DNA of 64,000 bases from an uncultured Phycisphaerales bacterium (GTDB lineage: Bacteria; Planctomycetota; Phycisphaerae; Phycisphaerales; SM1A02): the NCBI GenBank assembly GCA_938084645.1, contig CALKEP010000001.1:96001-160000 (forward strand), given 5' to 3'. The notes under the pieces were generated by a model. That model was given only the letters and a program-made list of their open reading frames with translations. It did not search any database and was not told the DNA's origin. The position numbers were made by a program, and so were the translations under genes. Positions 47,326 to 56,965 of the stretch are shown here, piece by piece (within the stretch, counting starts at the first letter, position 1; every line of letters begins with the position of its first letter).

Positions 47326-47353
47326 ATTGTAGCGATCCCCCGTGGCCGGGCAA
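47326..47353 (-). promoter_or_regulatory. Putative sigma70 promoter of rpsO-pnp
   Basis: TTGCCC-N16-TACAAT about 88 nt upstream of the rpsO ATG. Confidence 0.5.
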
Positions 47354-47500
47354 CCCCGGATCTTCCCGGACCTTCGTGATGGGGCCTCAAGGCGGTAAAC
47401 TCTGGACGGTTCGGTCTCTAAACCCGTTTTTCAGGTCTGCAAACCCCTCATCCCCGGTCCGAGACCGCGGTTCAGGCCCTCGGAGGCACTCGAGAGCACC

Positions 47501-49132
47501 ATGGCGTCCGAAACTCTCCAACAGGCGATCGAGGCGATGTCGGCACAAGCCGACCAGATCCGGCTCGGCGGCGGCCCCAAGGGCATTGAACGGCAGCATC
47601 GTCACGGAAGGCTCACGGCGCGGGAGCGCATCGATCGGCTCGTCGATCCGGACGCCCCTCGTTTCGAATGCGGGCTCTTCGCCGCCGCCGGCATGTACGA
47701 GGAGTTCGGAGGGGCGCCGTCCGCCGGCGTGGTGACCGAGATCGGCCAGGTCGGGGGACGACCGGCCATGATCGTCGCGAACGACGCCACGGTGAAGGCC
47801 GGCGCGTTCTTCCCGATGACCTGCAAGAAGATCATCCGAGCCCAGGTCATCGCCCAGGCGGCGCGGCTTCCGCTGATCTACCTCGTGGACAGCGCGGGGG
47901 TGTTCCTTCCGCTTCAGGAGGACGTCTTCCCCGATACCGACGACTTCGGCCGGATCTTCCGGAACAACGCGGTGATCAGCGCAAGTGGTATTCCACAGAT
48001 CGCCGCGATCATGGGGAACTGCGTCGCGGGCGGGGGATATCTCCCGGTGCTCTGCGACACCCTGCTCATGACCGAGGGCAGCGGGCTCTACCTCGCCGGG
48101 CCCGCACTGGTCAAGGCCGCGATCGGTCAGGAGGTCGACAGCGAGGAACTCGGCGGGGCGGCGATGCACGCGGAGATCTCCGGCACCATCGATTTCCGCG
48201 AGAAGGACGACGAGGCCTGCATCGCCCGGCTGCAGCGACTGATGCTCGCCTGCATGTCGGCGCGGACGCGACCCGAGCCGCCGTTCCCCCTCGCGGCACC
48301 GGCCCGTGCGGAAGCGGAGATCCTCGACGTCTTCGATCCGGATCCCGGTCGGCAGTACGACATGCGGGACCTGCTCGAATGCGTCGTCGACGGCGACTCC
48401 TACGACGAGTATCGGGCCGATTTCGGCCGCTCGCTGGTGTGCGGGTACGCCCGGATAGAGGGAAGACCCTGTGGGATCGTCGCCAACCAGCGGATGATGA
48501 CCAAGCGGAAGATGCCGGGTGGCAAGGCGGGGCCTTCCGAAGCGGTGAACATGCCCGCGGTGATCTACGACGACGCCGCCGACAAGACGGCCCGCTTCAT
48601 CATGGACTGCAACCAGAAGCGGATCCCGATCATCTTCGTCCACGACACCACCGGATTCATGGTGGGGCGTGACAGCGAGCAGGGCGGGATCATCCGCGCC
48701 GGTGCCAAGCTGGTCAATGCGATGAGCAACTGCGTCGTTCCCAAGATCTCGTTGTTGATCAATGCGAGCTACGGGGCTGGAAACTACGCGATGTGCGGCC
48801 GCGCCTTCGACCCGTTCCTCACGCTGGCCTGGCCGAACGCGCGATGCGCCGTGATGGGCGCGGCGCAGGCGGCGAACGTGCTGCTTCAGATCGACCTCGC
48901 AGCCCGAAAGCGGCGCGGCGAGGAGGTCGACGAGACCACTCGGGCCGAGTTGCTCGCCGCGATCACCGCGAGCTATTCGGAGCAGCAGGACGTGCTCTAC
49001 GGCGCGGCACGCGGGTGGGTCGATCGAATGATCGATCCGGTGAAGACGCGCCGGGAGCTCGGCGAGGCGCTGATGCTCGCCGATGGGTGCGATACCTCGG
49101 GCCCATTCGCGACCGGCGTGCTCCAGACCTGA
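47501..49132 (+). CDS. Acyl-CoA carboxylase carboxyltransferase (beta) subunit, MCC/PCC family
   Basis: GRLTARERI, ANDATVKAGA, LVDSAG..LP.Q, GNCVAGGGY, LAGPALVKAAIG, GFMVG, SYGAGNYAMCGRA. Confidence 0.93.
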   Translation: MASETLQQAIEAMSAQADQIRLGGGPKGIERQHRHGRLTARERIDRLVDPDAPRFECGLFAAAGMYEEFGGAPSAGVVTEIGQVGGRPAMIVANDATVKAGAFFPMTCKKIIRAQVIAQAARLPLIYLVDSAGVFLPLQEDVFPDTDDFGRIFRNNAVISASGIPQIAAIMGNCVAGGGYLPVLCDTLLMTEGSGLYLAGPALVKAAIGQEVDSEELGGAAMHAEISGTIDFREKDDEACIARLQRLMLACMSARTRPEPPFPLAAPARAEAEILDVFDPDPGRQYDMRDLLECVVDGDSYDEYRADFGRSLVCGYARIEGRPCGIVANQRMMTKRKMPGGKAGPSEAVNMPAVIYDDAADKTARFIMDCNQKRIPIIFVHDTTGFMVGRDSEQGGIIRAGAKLVNAMSNCVVPKISLLINASYGAGNYAMCGRAFDPFLTLAWPNARCAVMGAAQAANVLLQIDLAARKRRGEEVDETTRAELLAAITASYSEQQDVLYGAARGWVDRMIDPVKTRRELGEALMLADGCDTSGPFATGVLQT

Positions 49133-49155
49133 TTCGCCTCGGGCGTGTCGCTCGT

Positions 49156-49950
49156 TCAGCTCGTGCGTCGTCGGCTTCGGAGGAGTCCGCCGATGCCCAG
49201 CAGGGCGATCGCACCCGGGGCGGGGATCGACGTGTACTCCACGATAAGCTCGGGTCGGAGCGTCGCGTCGCCGATGAACATCGAGTCGAATCGGAACGTC
49301 GTTCCGTTGCCCGTCTCATCCCCGAGGATCAACCAGCCGAAGCGATTCGCGTCGCCGTCGATCATCGATTGAAGATCTTCGACGAGCCCCGCGCCGCTCC
49401 ATGACTTCCACCCGGTGCCTTCGAGCAGGCTCGACGCGGAGGCGTCGGCCGCGAAGTCGCCGCCCGGGGTGGCCCAGGCCACGGTGTCGTAGAACGCGCT
49501 GTCCCACGTGGCGGAGCCGGGCGTCGCGGGACCGCCGCCGCCTTCGCCGCCCCCGGCGTCGGTCGTGCCCACGCCCCAGTCCGCGAGCAGTCGATGCAGG
49601 CCGACGTTCGACGGTGCGGCGTTCGTCTGCGACACGTGGAGCCGCAGGGTCACGGATTCGATCGTGACGGGGCCGGCGAGCAACGGGGCGAGGTCGAAGT
49701 CGATCAGGCCGCGGCGTCGGAATCCCTGATTCGTCACCCCGGCGAACAGATGTTGTCCGAGGCCGTTCGCTCGTGCGCCGCCATCGGTCTCATAGAGGGT
49801 GCCGTGTCGATCCGACTGCAACGTCACCAGGTCGGCGGACGCCGAGCCGGCGACCGAACCGAGTGAAATGGCGACGAGCGTCGGAATCGCGATTGCTCCG
49901 ACGACGGACTGCCTGACGGGGGTCTTGGGAATCACGGGGGAGAACTCCAT
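49156..49950 (-). CDS. Secreted DNRLRE-like domain protein with PEP-CTERM-type (IPAPG) sorting tail
   Basis: Signal peptide ASA-D; LIDFDL..IESVTLRL..ATW..W.TPGGDF..RPELIVEY; C-terminus IPAPGAIALLGIGGLLRSRRR. Confidence 0.75.
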   Translation of the reverse strand: MEFSPVIPKTPVRQSVVGAIAIPTLVAISLGSVAGSASADLVTLQSDRHGTLYETDGGARANGLGQHLFAGVTNQGFRRRGLIDFDLAPLLAGPVTIESVTLRLHVSQTNAAPSNVGLHRLLADWGVGTTDAGGGEGGGGPATPGSATWDSAFYDTVAWATPGGDFAADASASSLLEGTGWKSWSGAGLVEDLQSMIDGDANRFGWLILGDETGNGTTFRFDSMFIGDATLRPELIVEYTSIPAPGAIALLGIGGLLRSRRRTS

Positions 49951-50093
49951 GGAGAGGGGTGTTCTAGACCATGCCGTCGAACCGGCGAATCGCCAGTCGG
50001 CGACCCGAAAATCGATTCGAAACCCCGGTTCGGAGTCCGAATCGTCCATACCATGGAGTCTTACGGACCCTCAAGCACCCCGGAGCGGACGTC

Positions 50094-50711
50094 GTGGACG
50101 AAATCCTGCTGGCCAGCGGAAACCCGCACAAGTTGGAGGAGGTCAGGGCGGTTCTGGAGCCGATCGGCCTTCGCGTCATCGGTCTCGACGAACTGGAGAC
50201 GGTGCCCGAGGAGCCGGATGAGGACGGCGTCACGTTCGAGGCGAACGCCCGGATCAAGGCGATCGCCTATGCCCGTGCCACGGGTCGTGTTTCACTCGCG
50301 GATGATTCCGGCCTCGAGGTCGATGCCCTCGGCGGCGAGCCGGGCGTGCGGAGCGCCCGCTGGTCGGGCGTCGAGGGTGAGCGCGAGGTTCGTGATGCGG
50401 CGAACAACCGGAAACTCGTGGAATCGCTTCGGGCGGTCCCGGAGGCGGATCGCGCCGCCCGGTTCGTCTGCGCGATGTGTCTCGCCAGCCCCGATGGCAC
50501 GGTGCTGGCCGAGACCCGCGGGACCTTCGACGGCACCGTGATCCTCGAGCCGCGGGGCGGAAACGGATTCGGCTACGACCCGTATCTGCTGTTGCCGGAC
50601 GAAGACCGCACCAGCGCCGAGCTGTCGCCGGCCGAGAAGAACGCTCGAAGTCATCGTGGCGTCGCGACCCGGGCGATGGCGCCGTTGATCGAGGCCCTGG
50701 GACGATCCTGA
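50094..50711 (+). CDS. rdgB: Non-canonical purine NTP pyrophosphatase (RdgB/HAM1)
   Basis: LASGNPHKLEE, TFEANARIKA, ADDSGL, PGVRSAR, GFGYDP, KNARSHRG. Confidence 0.95.
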   Translation: MDEILLASGNPHKLEEVRAVLEPIGLRVIGLDELETVPEEPDEDGVTFEANARIKAIAYARATGRVSLADDSGLEVDALGGEPGVRSARWSGVEGEREVRDAANNRKLVESLRAVPEADRAARFVCAMCLASPDGTVLAETRGTFDGTVILEPRGGNGFGYDPYLLLPDEDRTSAELSPAEKNARSHRGVATRAMAPLIEALGRS

Positions 50712-50712
50712 C

Positions 50713-51963
50713 ATGGCGAAACGGGTTCCCCTGGAGATCCTCGACCTGCCCGAGCAGCGCTACACCTGTCATGGGTGCGGCGACTGCTGTCGCGACTTCA
50801 GCGTGCAGCTTCGCGACGAGGACCTCGAACGGCTCGAGGCGCAGGGATGGGCGAAGGAACGCGGGGAGTCGGTGACCGTGGAATTCCGCGGTCGGCGGTA
50901 CCTTCGTCAGCGACCCGACGGGGGGTGTCTCTTCCTGCAGGACGACGGGCTGTGCGAGATCCACGCCCGGTACGGCTTTCATGAGAAGCCCGTCGCGTGC
51001 CGACTCTTCCCCTTCAATCTCGCACCGGATTCGGGCGGCACCCGCGCGGGACTCAACTTCGCCTGCCAGAGCGTGCGGGCCAATCGAGGTTCGACGCTCG
51101 AATCGCATCGAGACGACCTTCGGCGGGCATTGCGTGAAGTACCCGAATCGGTCGTGGTGGCTCCGCCGCTTCTTGCCGGCGACCTGCGTGCCGAACCAGC
51201 CGAAGTGGATGCCTTGACCGCCGGACTCGATCGCTGGCTGGGTCGCGATGAAGTGCCGCTGACCATCCGGCTTGATGGATTCGCCTGGCTCGCACAGGGC
51301 ATCGGTGCCGCGTCGTTCTCGGAGGTCCGGGGGGAACGGATCACGGAGCTGATCGATCTTCTCGTCTCGGCGCTTCCCGACGAGCTTCTTCACCTGCCCG
51401 TCGATCCGCCGGGACGGGGGCAGCGGAAGCAGCTGCGGCAGGCGGTCTTCGCCCGGATCGAGGATCCGCGGTTCACCGACGACGAATCGCGTCCCACGCT
51501 CGGGGCGAAGCTCGACCAGTGGCGTCGAAGTCGACGGTTCGCACGGGGGCGGGGCTCGATCCCGGGCCTGGCCCGAGGCTGGTCGATCCCCGAGGATTTC
51601 GAGTCGGTGGCGGCGATGCCGAAGGTCCCCGGAAGCGAGGCGGTGACCGATCTCGTCGTCCGGTGGCTGCGATCGACGGTGCGCGGCGGCCGCGCGTGGG
51701 GAAGCGGTTACTACGGTTGGAGCATCGCCGACGGGGTCCAGGCGCTGGCGCTGAATCTCGCCTGCGTCGGCTGGCTCGCCCGTGCCCACGCGGCGGGCGT
51801 CGGTGAGGAGGTCGTCACGCTCGACTCGGTCGGCGAGGCGCTCGGCCGCATCGACCGAGCATCCGGGCGCGCCGTCTGGCTTGGATCGATGGGGGAGCGC
51901 CTCCGGCTCCGCTACCTCGCGACGGATGACGGCCTGCGCCGACTCGTCCGGTCGAACTGGTGA
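50713..51963 (+). CDS. YkgJ/FliB-like CxxCxxCC cysteine-cluster protein
   Basis: CHGCGDCC, CLFL, LCEIH, KP.AC.LFPF, FAC. Confidence 0.82.
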   Translation: MAKRVPLEILDLPEQRYTCHGCGDCCRDFSVQLRDEDLERLEAQGWAKERGESVTVEFRGRRYLRQRPDGGCLFLQDDGLCEIHARYGFHEKPVACRLFPFNLAPDSGGTRAGLNFACQSVRANRGSTLESHRDDLRRALREVPESVVVAPPLLAGDLRAEPAEVDALTAGLDRWLGRDEVPLTIRLDGFAWLAQGIGAASFSEVRGERITELIDLLVSALPDELLHLPVDPPGRGQRKQLRQAVFARIEDPRFTDDESRPTLGAKLDQWRRSRRFARGRGSIPGLARGWSIPEDFESVAAMPKVPGSEAVTDLVVRWLRSTVRGGRAWGSGYYGWSIADGVQALALNLACVGWLARAHAAGVGEEVVTLDSVGEALGRIDRASGRAVWLGSMGERLRLRYLATDDGLRRLVRSNW

Positions 51964-51975
51964 GTCGCGTTCCGT

Positions 51976-53277
51976 TCACTCGGTCGGCGCGGGTTCCGGG
52001 CCGCGAGCCCGGGTGAAGGGCCAGACGGGGTACCGCCTGCCGTTCAGCAGGACGCCGAGGGCCGTCCCGCGGACCGCGACGTGATAGACGATGAGCAGGA
52101 CGACGGTGACCAGGACGATCATGACCGGCATCTTCACGATGCCCCACATGTTCCAACCGCGGAACAGGGACGGGATGAAGAAGGTCAACGGCAGGTGCAT
52201 CAGGTAGATCCAGTAGGAGGCGTCCACCATGTAACGCACCACCGGATTCGCCCGGGTGAACAGTCGCTCGCTCACTCCGGTGATGCCCAGGATCAGGATC
52301 CAGCAGGTGGTGGCCTGGAGGCACTGGTTCGCGATGAACATCGCCTCCGCGTATTCCTCCTGCGCGTCGACCGCCGCGCTGGTGGCGATCGCCAGGATCA
52401 CGGCGACCACCAGAAGCGTCGCCCCCACGCCGAGTCGAATCCAAGCCCAGTTCTTCAGGCGATCGACGAGCTCGCGGTTTCCGAACGCCGCCCAGCCGAC
52501 GCCGAAGTAGATGGCGTAGAGAAAGATCACGTGCCAGAGCGGCCAGAACGACTCGGCGGTGTCGATTCCCGGCTCCTCCATCGTGAGCATCAGGAACGAC
52601 GTGGCGACGATGACCGCCGGTACCCCGACCCACCGCAGGCGACCGAGGGCGAGGCTGCGAAAGCCCGTGCGGAGCCATCCGGCGACGGGGCCCGAGAAAC
52701 GGCGAAGCAGGTAGGTCGCGGTCGCGAAGGCCAGGTAGTAGTAGACGAGGTAGTAGAGGAACCAGAGGTGCATCGGGCCGGCTTCGGCGAAGTCCGCGTT
52801 CAGGGACATCTTGTCGTAGGCGAGGCCGATGGTCCGGTCTTCGGCGGGCAGGTACGACCATGTGAAGGCGAAGCTGATCGACCATGCGAGCAGCGGGTAG
52901 ATGACGAACCATCCGATCACCAGCGGAAGCACGATCCGATCGTAGCGGTGGCTCGTGAATCCTCCGGGGCCGCGGCGATCGAAGAGCATCGCGCCGAAGA
53001 AACCGGCCATCACGAAGAACGCGGGCATGCGGAAGATGTGGATGCCGAGCACCAGGATCCCGGCGAACGCGGTGCGGTCGGGGTCCTCGTAGATCCAGAT
53101 CTGCGGCTCGCAATAGACGAGTGCGGTGTGGATCACCACGCCGAGCAGCATCATCGCCGCGCGGACCACGTCGAGTCCGTGGTACCGACCGGTGCCGGGA
53201 GACCGTGGGTGGAGCGGATGATCGGTCGGAAGCGGGGGTGGTGATGCGGCGGCGATGCCGCGGTCGGTCGCGTTCAT
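51976..53277 (-). CDS. Acyltransferase-3 family membrane protein (OpgC/MdoC-like)
   Basis: RYHGLDVVRA, GVVIH, HIFRMPAFF.MAGFF, HLWFLYYL, ASYWIYLMHLP; ATGA overlap with upstream gene. Confidence 0.9.
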   Translation of the reverse strand: MNATDRGIAAASPPPLPTDHPLHPRSPGTGRYHGLDVVRAAMMLLGVVIHTALVYCEPQIWIYEDPDRTAFAGILVLGIHIFRMPAFFVMAGFFGAMLFDRRGPGGFTSHRYDRIVLPLVIGWFVIYPLLAWSISFAFTWSYLPAEDRTIGLAYDKMSLNADFAEAGPMHLWFLYYLVYYYLAFATATYLLRRFSGPVAGWLRTGFRSLALGRLRWVGVPAVIVATSFLMLTMEEPGIDTAESFWPLWHVIFLYAIYFGVGWAAFGNRELVDRLKNWAWIRLGVGATLLVVAVILAIATSAAVDAQEEYAEAMFIANQCLQATTCWILILGITGVSERLFTRANPVVRYMVDASYWIYLMHLPLTFFIPSLFRGWNMWGIVKMPVMIVLVTVVLLIVYHVAVRGTALGVLLNGRRYPVWPFTRARGPEPAPTE

Positions 53278-53906
53278 TTCAGGGCGGCCTCGAGAAGCGG
53301 CCGGCATGCCCGGCGTCCGGCTTCAAGCGCCTCGCGATCGAGCGGAATCTCCAGGAACTCGATGACTCCTCCGGTGAACTCCCACGGCACGTCGAGCGCG
53401 TCGAGCGGGGTGGTGCCGTCCTTGTTCATCGCCTGCGGATCGGCACCGGCCTCGAGGAGGAGCGTGACGCACTCGGGACGACCGAAGAAGGCGGCGCCGA
53501 TCAGCGGCGTGCCGCGCTCGAGGCTCCGGACGTCGGGATCCCCGCCGGCCTCGAGGATCACCTTCATCGCGTCGACTCTGCCGAAATCCGCGGCCCATTC
53601 GAGTGCGGAGACGCCGAACGTCGGATCGAGCGCGTTCGGGTCGCCCGCCCTCGCAAGCCGGGCCTTGAGCGTGGCGACTTCGCCCATCGCGGCCGGGGTC
53701 CAGATGTCGACCACTTCGGTGGAGGCCGGTTGGTCGACGGGATCGGGCGTGCTCGGACCGGCCACGGGACCGCTCGTCGAACCAGTCGAAGCGGAGTCGT
53801 CCCCGCATCCCAGCGGCAGGCCGACAACGGCGATCAAGGTGAGGATCCGCAGTCCGAAACGAGCCGGGGTGCTGGAACCTCGGTGGGTGACAGGAGCGTC
53901 GTGCAT
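53274..53906 (-). CDS. Ankyrin-repeat lipoprotein
   Basis: Lipobox LPLGC; GVSALEWAA.FG, GTPLIGAAFFG, LLEAGADP, DGTTPLD. Confidence 0.85.
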   Translation of the reverse strand: MHDAPVTHRGSSTPARFGLRILTLIAVVGLPLGCGDDSASTGSTSGPVAGPSTPDPVDQPASTEVVDIWTPAAMGEVATLKARLARAGDPNALDPTFGVSALEWAADFGRVDAMKVILEAGGDPDVRSLERGTPLIGAAFFGRPECVTLLLEAGADPQAMNKDGTTPLDALDVPWEFTGGVIEFLEIPLDREALEAGRRACRPLLEAALK

Positions 53907-54066
53907 CGAAGGTCTCCTCGGGGGATGTCGGATGGGACTGGATCGAGGTGGAACTCCATCAGCGTACCGACTTCGAGGCCTCGTTCATCCGTCCGAGCTG
54001 TCTCCGGTCCCTGGAAATCGGACACCCAGCGTGGTCGAGATCGGTCTCCACGATCGACCGCGACGG

Positions 54067-55821
54067 TCAGCCCTTGCCCGACTTCCCGCGGCCACCATCG
54101 CCGCCCTTCCCATTCGCACCACCCGCGCTCTTGCCGCCGCCCTTGCCGCCCTTGCCGGACTTGTCGCCGGATCCCGGACGCCTCGGCAGTTCCTCGAAGC
54201 GGGCGGGACCGAGTGCGGCGAGCAACTGTGCTTCGACCTGGTCGTCCAGTCGATCGAACCCCTCGTACCCGGGTTCTCGCCAGGCCTGTTCGCCGAGGGA
54301 CTTCGCTTCGGCGCCGTCGTCGATCACCGCTTCGACCATCGCCCGGGCGATGCGAGTCTCGTTGTCGATTCGCCGCTGAATGGCGTCGCTGCGAAGGAAC
54401 TCGATCTGCAATCGGATGCCGGCGTCGATCTCGGTGAGCGACGCGAGGCGCTCATCGTCGAGACCTTCGAGCCCCAGCGCGACTTCGGTCGCCTCTTCGC
54501 ACCACCGGGAACGCATCTGAGCCCGGAATCCCGTCCGACGAGCGACGTCCAGGAAGGCGGCCGCGGATTCGGGATCGATCGCTTCGAGGCGGGTGCGGAT
54601 CAGATCGATTCGTCCGAGGATCGCATCCCGCACCGCGAGTTCGGCGGTGAGTTCCGCGGTTGCGGCGTTCCGGACCCGAGACCGGACTCTCGAGTCACCG
54701 TCGCCGCCGGATTCGATCATCTCGATCGCGAGTTCCATCGCCTGCTTCTCACGGCGGATCCGCGCCTCGGTCCGGGCGTCGAAACTCGTCGCGATCTCGC
54801 GCAGCATCTCCAGCTCGTCGTTCTCCAGTCCCGCCGCCTCGTATTCGGTCGCGTCGATCGACGTCAGTGCGGCGACGAGGTCCGTGGTGGCGCCGCCCAT
54901 CCGGGAGTCGGCCAATCCGTGCTGGATTCGAATCTCGTCGAGCAGGCCGGCGAACGATGCCTCCATGCGGGGATCGACCAGCGTGGCGATCGATTCGACG
55001 GTCGCGGCACGGAGTTCCCCCCGTCGTTGATCCATGCGGTTCATGGCCTCGAGCATGCCGCGGCCGGCGACGCCGCCACCGGCTCGTTCGATGGTGGCGC
55101 GACGTCTCTCCACCATCGGTTCCAGCATCGCGAGTCGAGTCCGCATGCCCTCCATGCGGCCTTCCATCCAGTCGAGGGTGCCGCGAATCTTCTCCTCGCT
55201 CACGCCACGCTGGGACATGCCCTCGGAAATCCGGGACTCCAGGGCACGCTGGTTCGATTCATCAGCCGCCTGGAAGATCGGCTCGAGGCGTGCGATTTCA
55301 ACCTGGCTCGCGCGAAGGTCGAGCAGCTCGCGGAACCGCGAGGCCTCGGTCTCGAAGGCGTCTTCGTAGTCGAGCAGGATGCTCTCGGCGATGGGTGCGG
55401 TCGCGTCGTCGAGTTGGAGTCGGTCGACGACGAGCTGGATGTCCCGCCGGATGAACTCCGGTCGCAGCAGCGTCCGGAAGTCGCCGCCGTCGGGCACCCG
55501 CATCGCGTACCAGAGGTGCCCCCCGGTGTTCTCCTTCGCGTCCTCGTCGTTCGTCTCCTTGTCCTCACCGACCAGTTTCGACGCCGCGTCCCAGACCGCC
55601 TTCGCATCTTCTCCGGTCATCGCCCCGGCCCGGACCGCCATCTTCAAGTCGCCGCCCAGCTCCGCAAGGAACTTTTCGGGATCCGATTCGGGCGATGCGG
55701 GGGGGCCCGCCGGTCCCTTCTGGGCCAGTCCCTCGGACGTGAGGCCGAATACGAGCAGACAGGTCAGCGTCATCAGCTGGATGCGATCGATGCGGATCAT
55801 CGTGGAGAAGATCGATGTCAT
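54067..55821 (-). CDS. Secreted alpha-helical protein of unknown function with G/K-rich tail (paralog of 33662..35047)
   Basis: Signal-like N-terminus ending GLA-Q; long helical/coiled-coil body; start uncertain. Confidence 0.7.
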   Translation of the reverse strand: MTSIFSTMIRIDRIQLMTLTCLLVFGLTSEGLAQKGPAGPPASPESDPEKFLAELGGDLKMAVRAGAMTGEDAKAVWDAASKLVGEDKETNDEDAKENTGGHLWYAMRVPDGGDFRTLLRPEFIRRDIQLVVDRLQLDDATAPIAESILLDYEDAFETEASRFRELLDLRASQVEIARLEPIFQAADESNQRALESRISEGMSQRGVSEEKIRGTLDWMEGRMEGMRTRLAMLEPMVERRRATIERAGGGVAGRGMLEAMNRMDQRRGELRAATVESIATLVDPRMEASFAGLLDEIRIQHGLADSRMGGATTDLVAALTSIDATEYEAAGLENDELEMLREIATSFDARTEARIRREKQAMELAIEMIESGGDGDSRVRSRVRNAATAELTAELAVRDAILGRIDLIRTRLEAIDPESAAAFLDVARRTGFRAQMRSRWCEEATEVALGLEGLDDERLASLTEIDAGIRLQIEFLRSDAIQRRIDNETRIARAMVEAVIDDGAEAKSLGEQAWREPGYEGFDRLDDQVEAQLLAALGPARFEELPRRPGSGDKSGKGGKGGGKSAGGANGKGGDGGRGKSGKG

Positions 55822-55897
55822 TGAAAGAAGCCTCGAATGTGCCTTCGGCGTGAATTCGGGTGGTCTCGAGTTGGTTCCAACGGACCGGGCGAGCACG

Positions 55898-55957
55898 ATC
55901 CTAGTTTGACGAAGAAATTAGTCAATAGAGTGACCATGGATTACGAAAGTTTTCGTA
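55898..55957 (-). promoter_or_regulatory. Putative promoter with two palindromic operator-like sites
   Basis: TTGACT-N16-TAGGAT on minus strand; TTGAC-N10-GTCAA (55906-55925); TACGAAA-GT-TTTCGTA (55942-55957); AT-rich island. Confidence 0.55.
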
Positions 55958-55984
55958 TAAAAGCGCCGTCGGCCCGGCCCGACC

Positions 55985-56965
55985 TCAGTTCGGATCGGCG
56001 TCCGGCGCGGCCACGGCTTCGGGGCGTCCCGATCGGATCCGACGGATCCACCAGATGAAGGCCAGCAGGCCCAGTGGAATCGAGACGATCGCCTCCGAGG
56101 CGCTTTCGAGGAGGGCCAGTTGCTGGAACGTCGCATCGAGTTCGCCGGCGTCGAGATCCGGTGTCGCGAGTCGCGCGGCCAGGAACGCGACGGCGGCTTC
56201 CCGCCAACCGAGTCTCCCCAGCGGATTCAGGGCGACCACCAACGCGGTCACCGCGAGGAGCAGGACATCGCCGACCGGCAGTTCGATTCCGAGGATGGTG
56301 GCCGCGATGCCGAGCCGGACCGCCCACATGGCGAGGTCGAAGGCCCGCAGGCCGAACGCGAGGGCGATCCATCTCCGGTCGGTCAGCATCGCCTCGCCGC
56401 CGCGGGTGAAGCGACGGACGATCGGAAGCCCGGCGAGCAGTGGAAGCGCGAGCACGAGCGCGACCAGAGGCGCGATGAAGAGCAACGCCCACGCGATCCC
56501 GGGTTCGGGTTGAAGAAGCGTCGCACCGACCGCGGCGCCCATCACGCCGACCACCGCGATCGCCACGACCGCGATCCAGCCGGTGACGAAGAGGATGGAG
56601 AAGCGATCCACCCGGACGTGATACAGATACCGGCTCATCACGCCGAGCCGGATCGGAGCGTAGTTGAAGAGTGCGGCGGTGAGATTCACCCCCTGCAACA
56701 CCATGAAGCGTTCGCGGTGGACCGGGCGGATCGTCGCGAAGAAGATCGCCCCGTTCGCGATCAGGCTCGCGATCGAACAACCGAGCATCGCGGCGATCAG
56801 GCCGCCGTCCGCCTCCTTCATCCGGGTCCAACCGTCCTCGCCACCCTCGAATGCGCCCTTGACGCACCAGACGACGAGTGCGAGCCCGATGGCGAAGCCG
56901 ACGAGCTGAAGAACCAGTCGGAATCCGCGTGGCAGGCCCGCGCGAGCTTCTTCACTCAGTTTCAT
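55985..56965 (-). CDS. Lysylphosphatidylglycerol-synthase-TM-like (flippase-like) membrane protein
   Basis: Multiple TMs; FNYAP..LG, NPLGRLGWREAA; ATGA overlap with GT2. Confidence 0.65.
   Translation of the reverse strand: MKLSEEARAGLPRGFRLVLQLVGFAIGLALVVWCVKGAFEGGEDGWTRMKEADGGLIAAMLGCSIASLIANGAIFFATIRPVHRERFMVLQGVNLTAALFNYAPIRLGVMSRYLYHVRVDRFSILFVTGWIAVVAIAVVGVMGAAVGATLLQPEPGIAWALLFIAPLVALVLALPLLAGLPIVRRFTRGGEAMLTDRRWIALAFGLRAFDLAMWAVRLGIAATILGIELPVGDVLLLAVTALVVALNPLGRLGWREAAVAFLAARLATPDLDAGELDATFQQLALLESASEAIVSIPLGLLAFIWWIRRIRSGRPEAVAAPDADPN

Noticed and set aside
53362..55824. 820-aa plus-strand ORF
   Set aside because: Antisense to the ankyrin and secreted helical genes, which have better motif support
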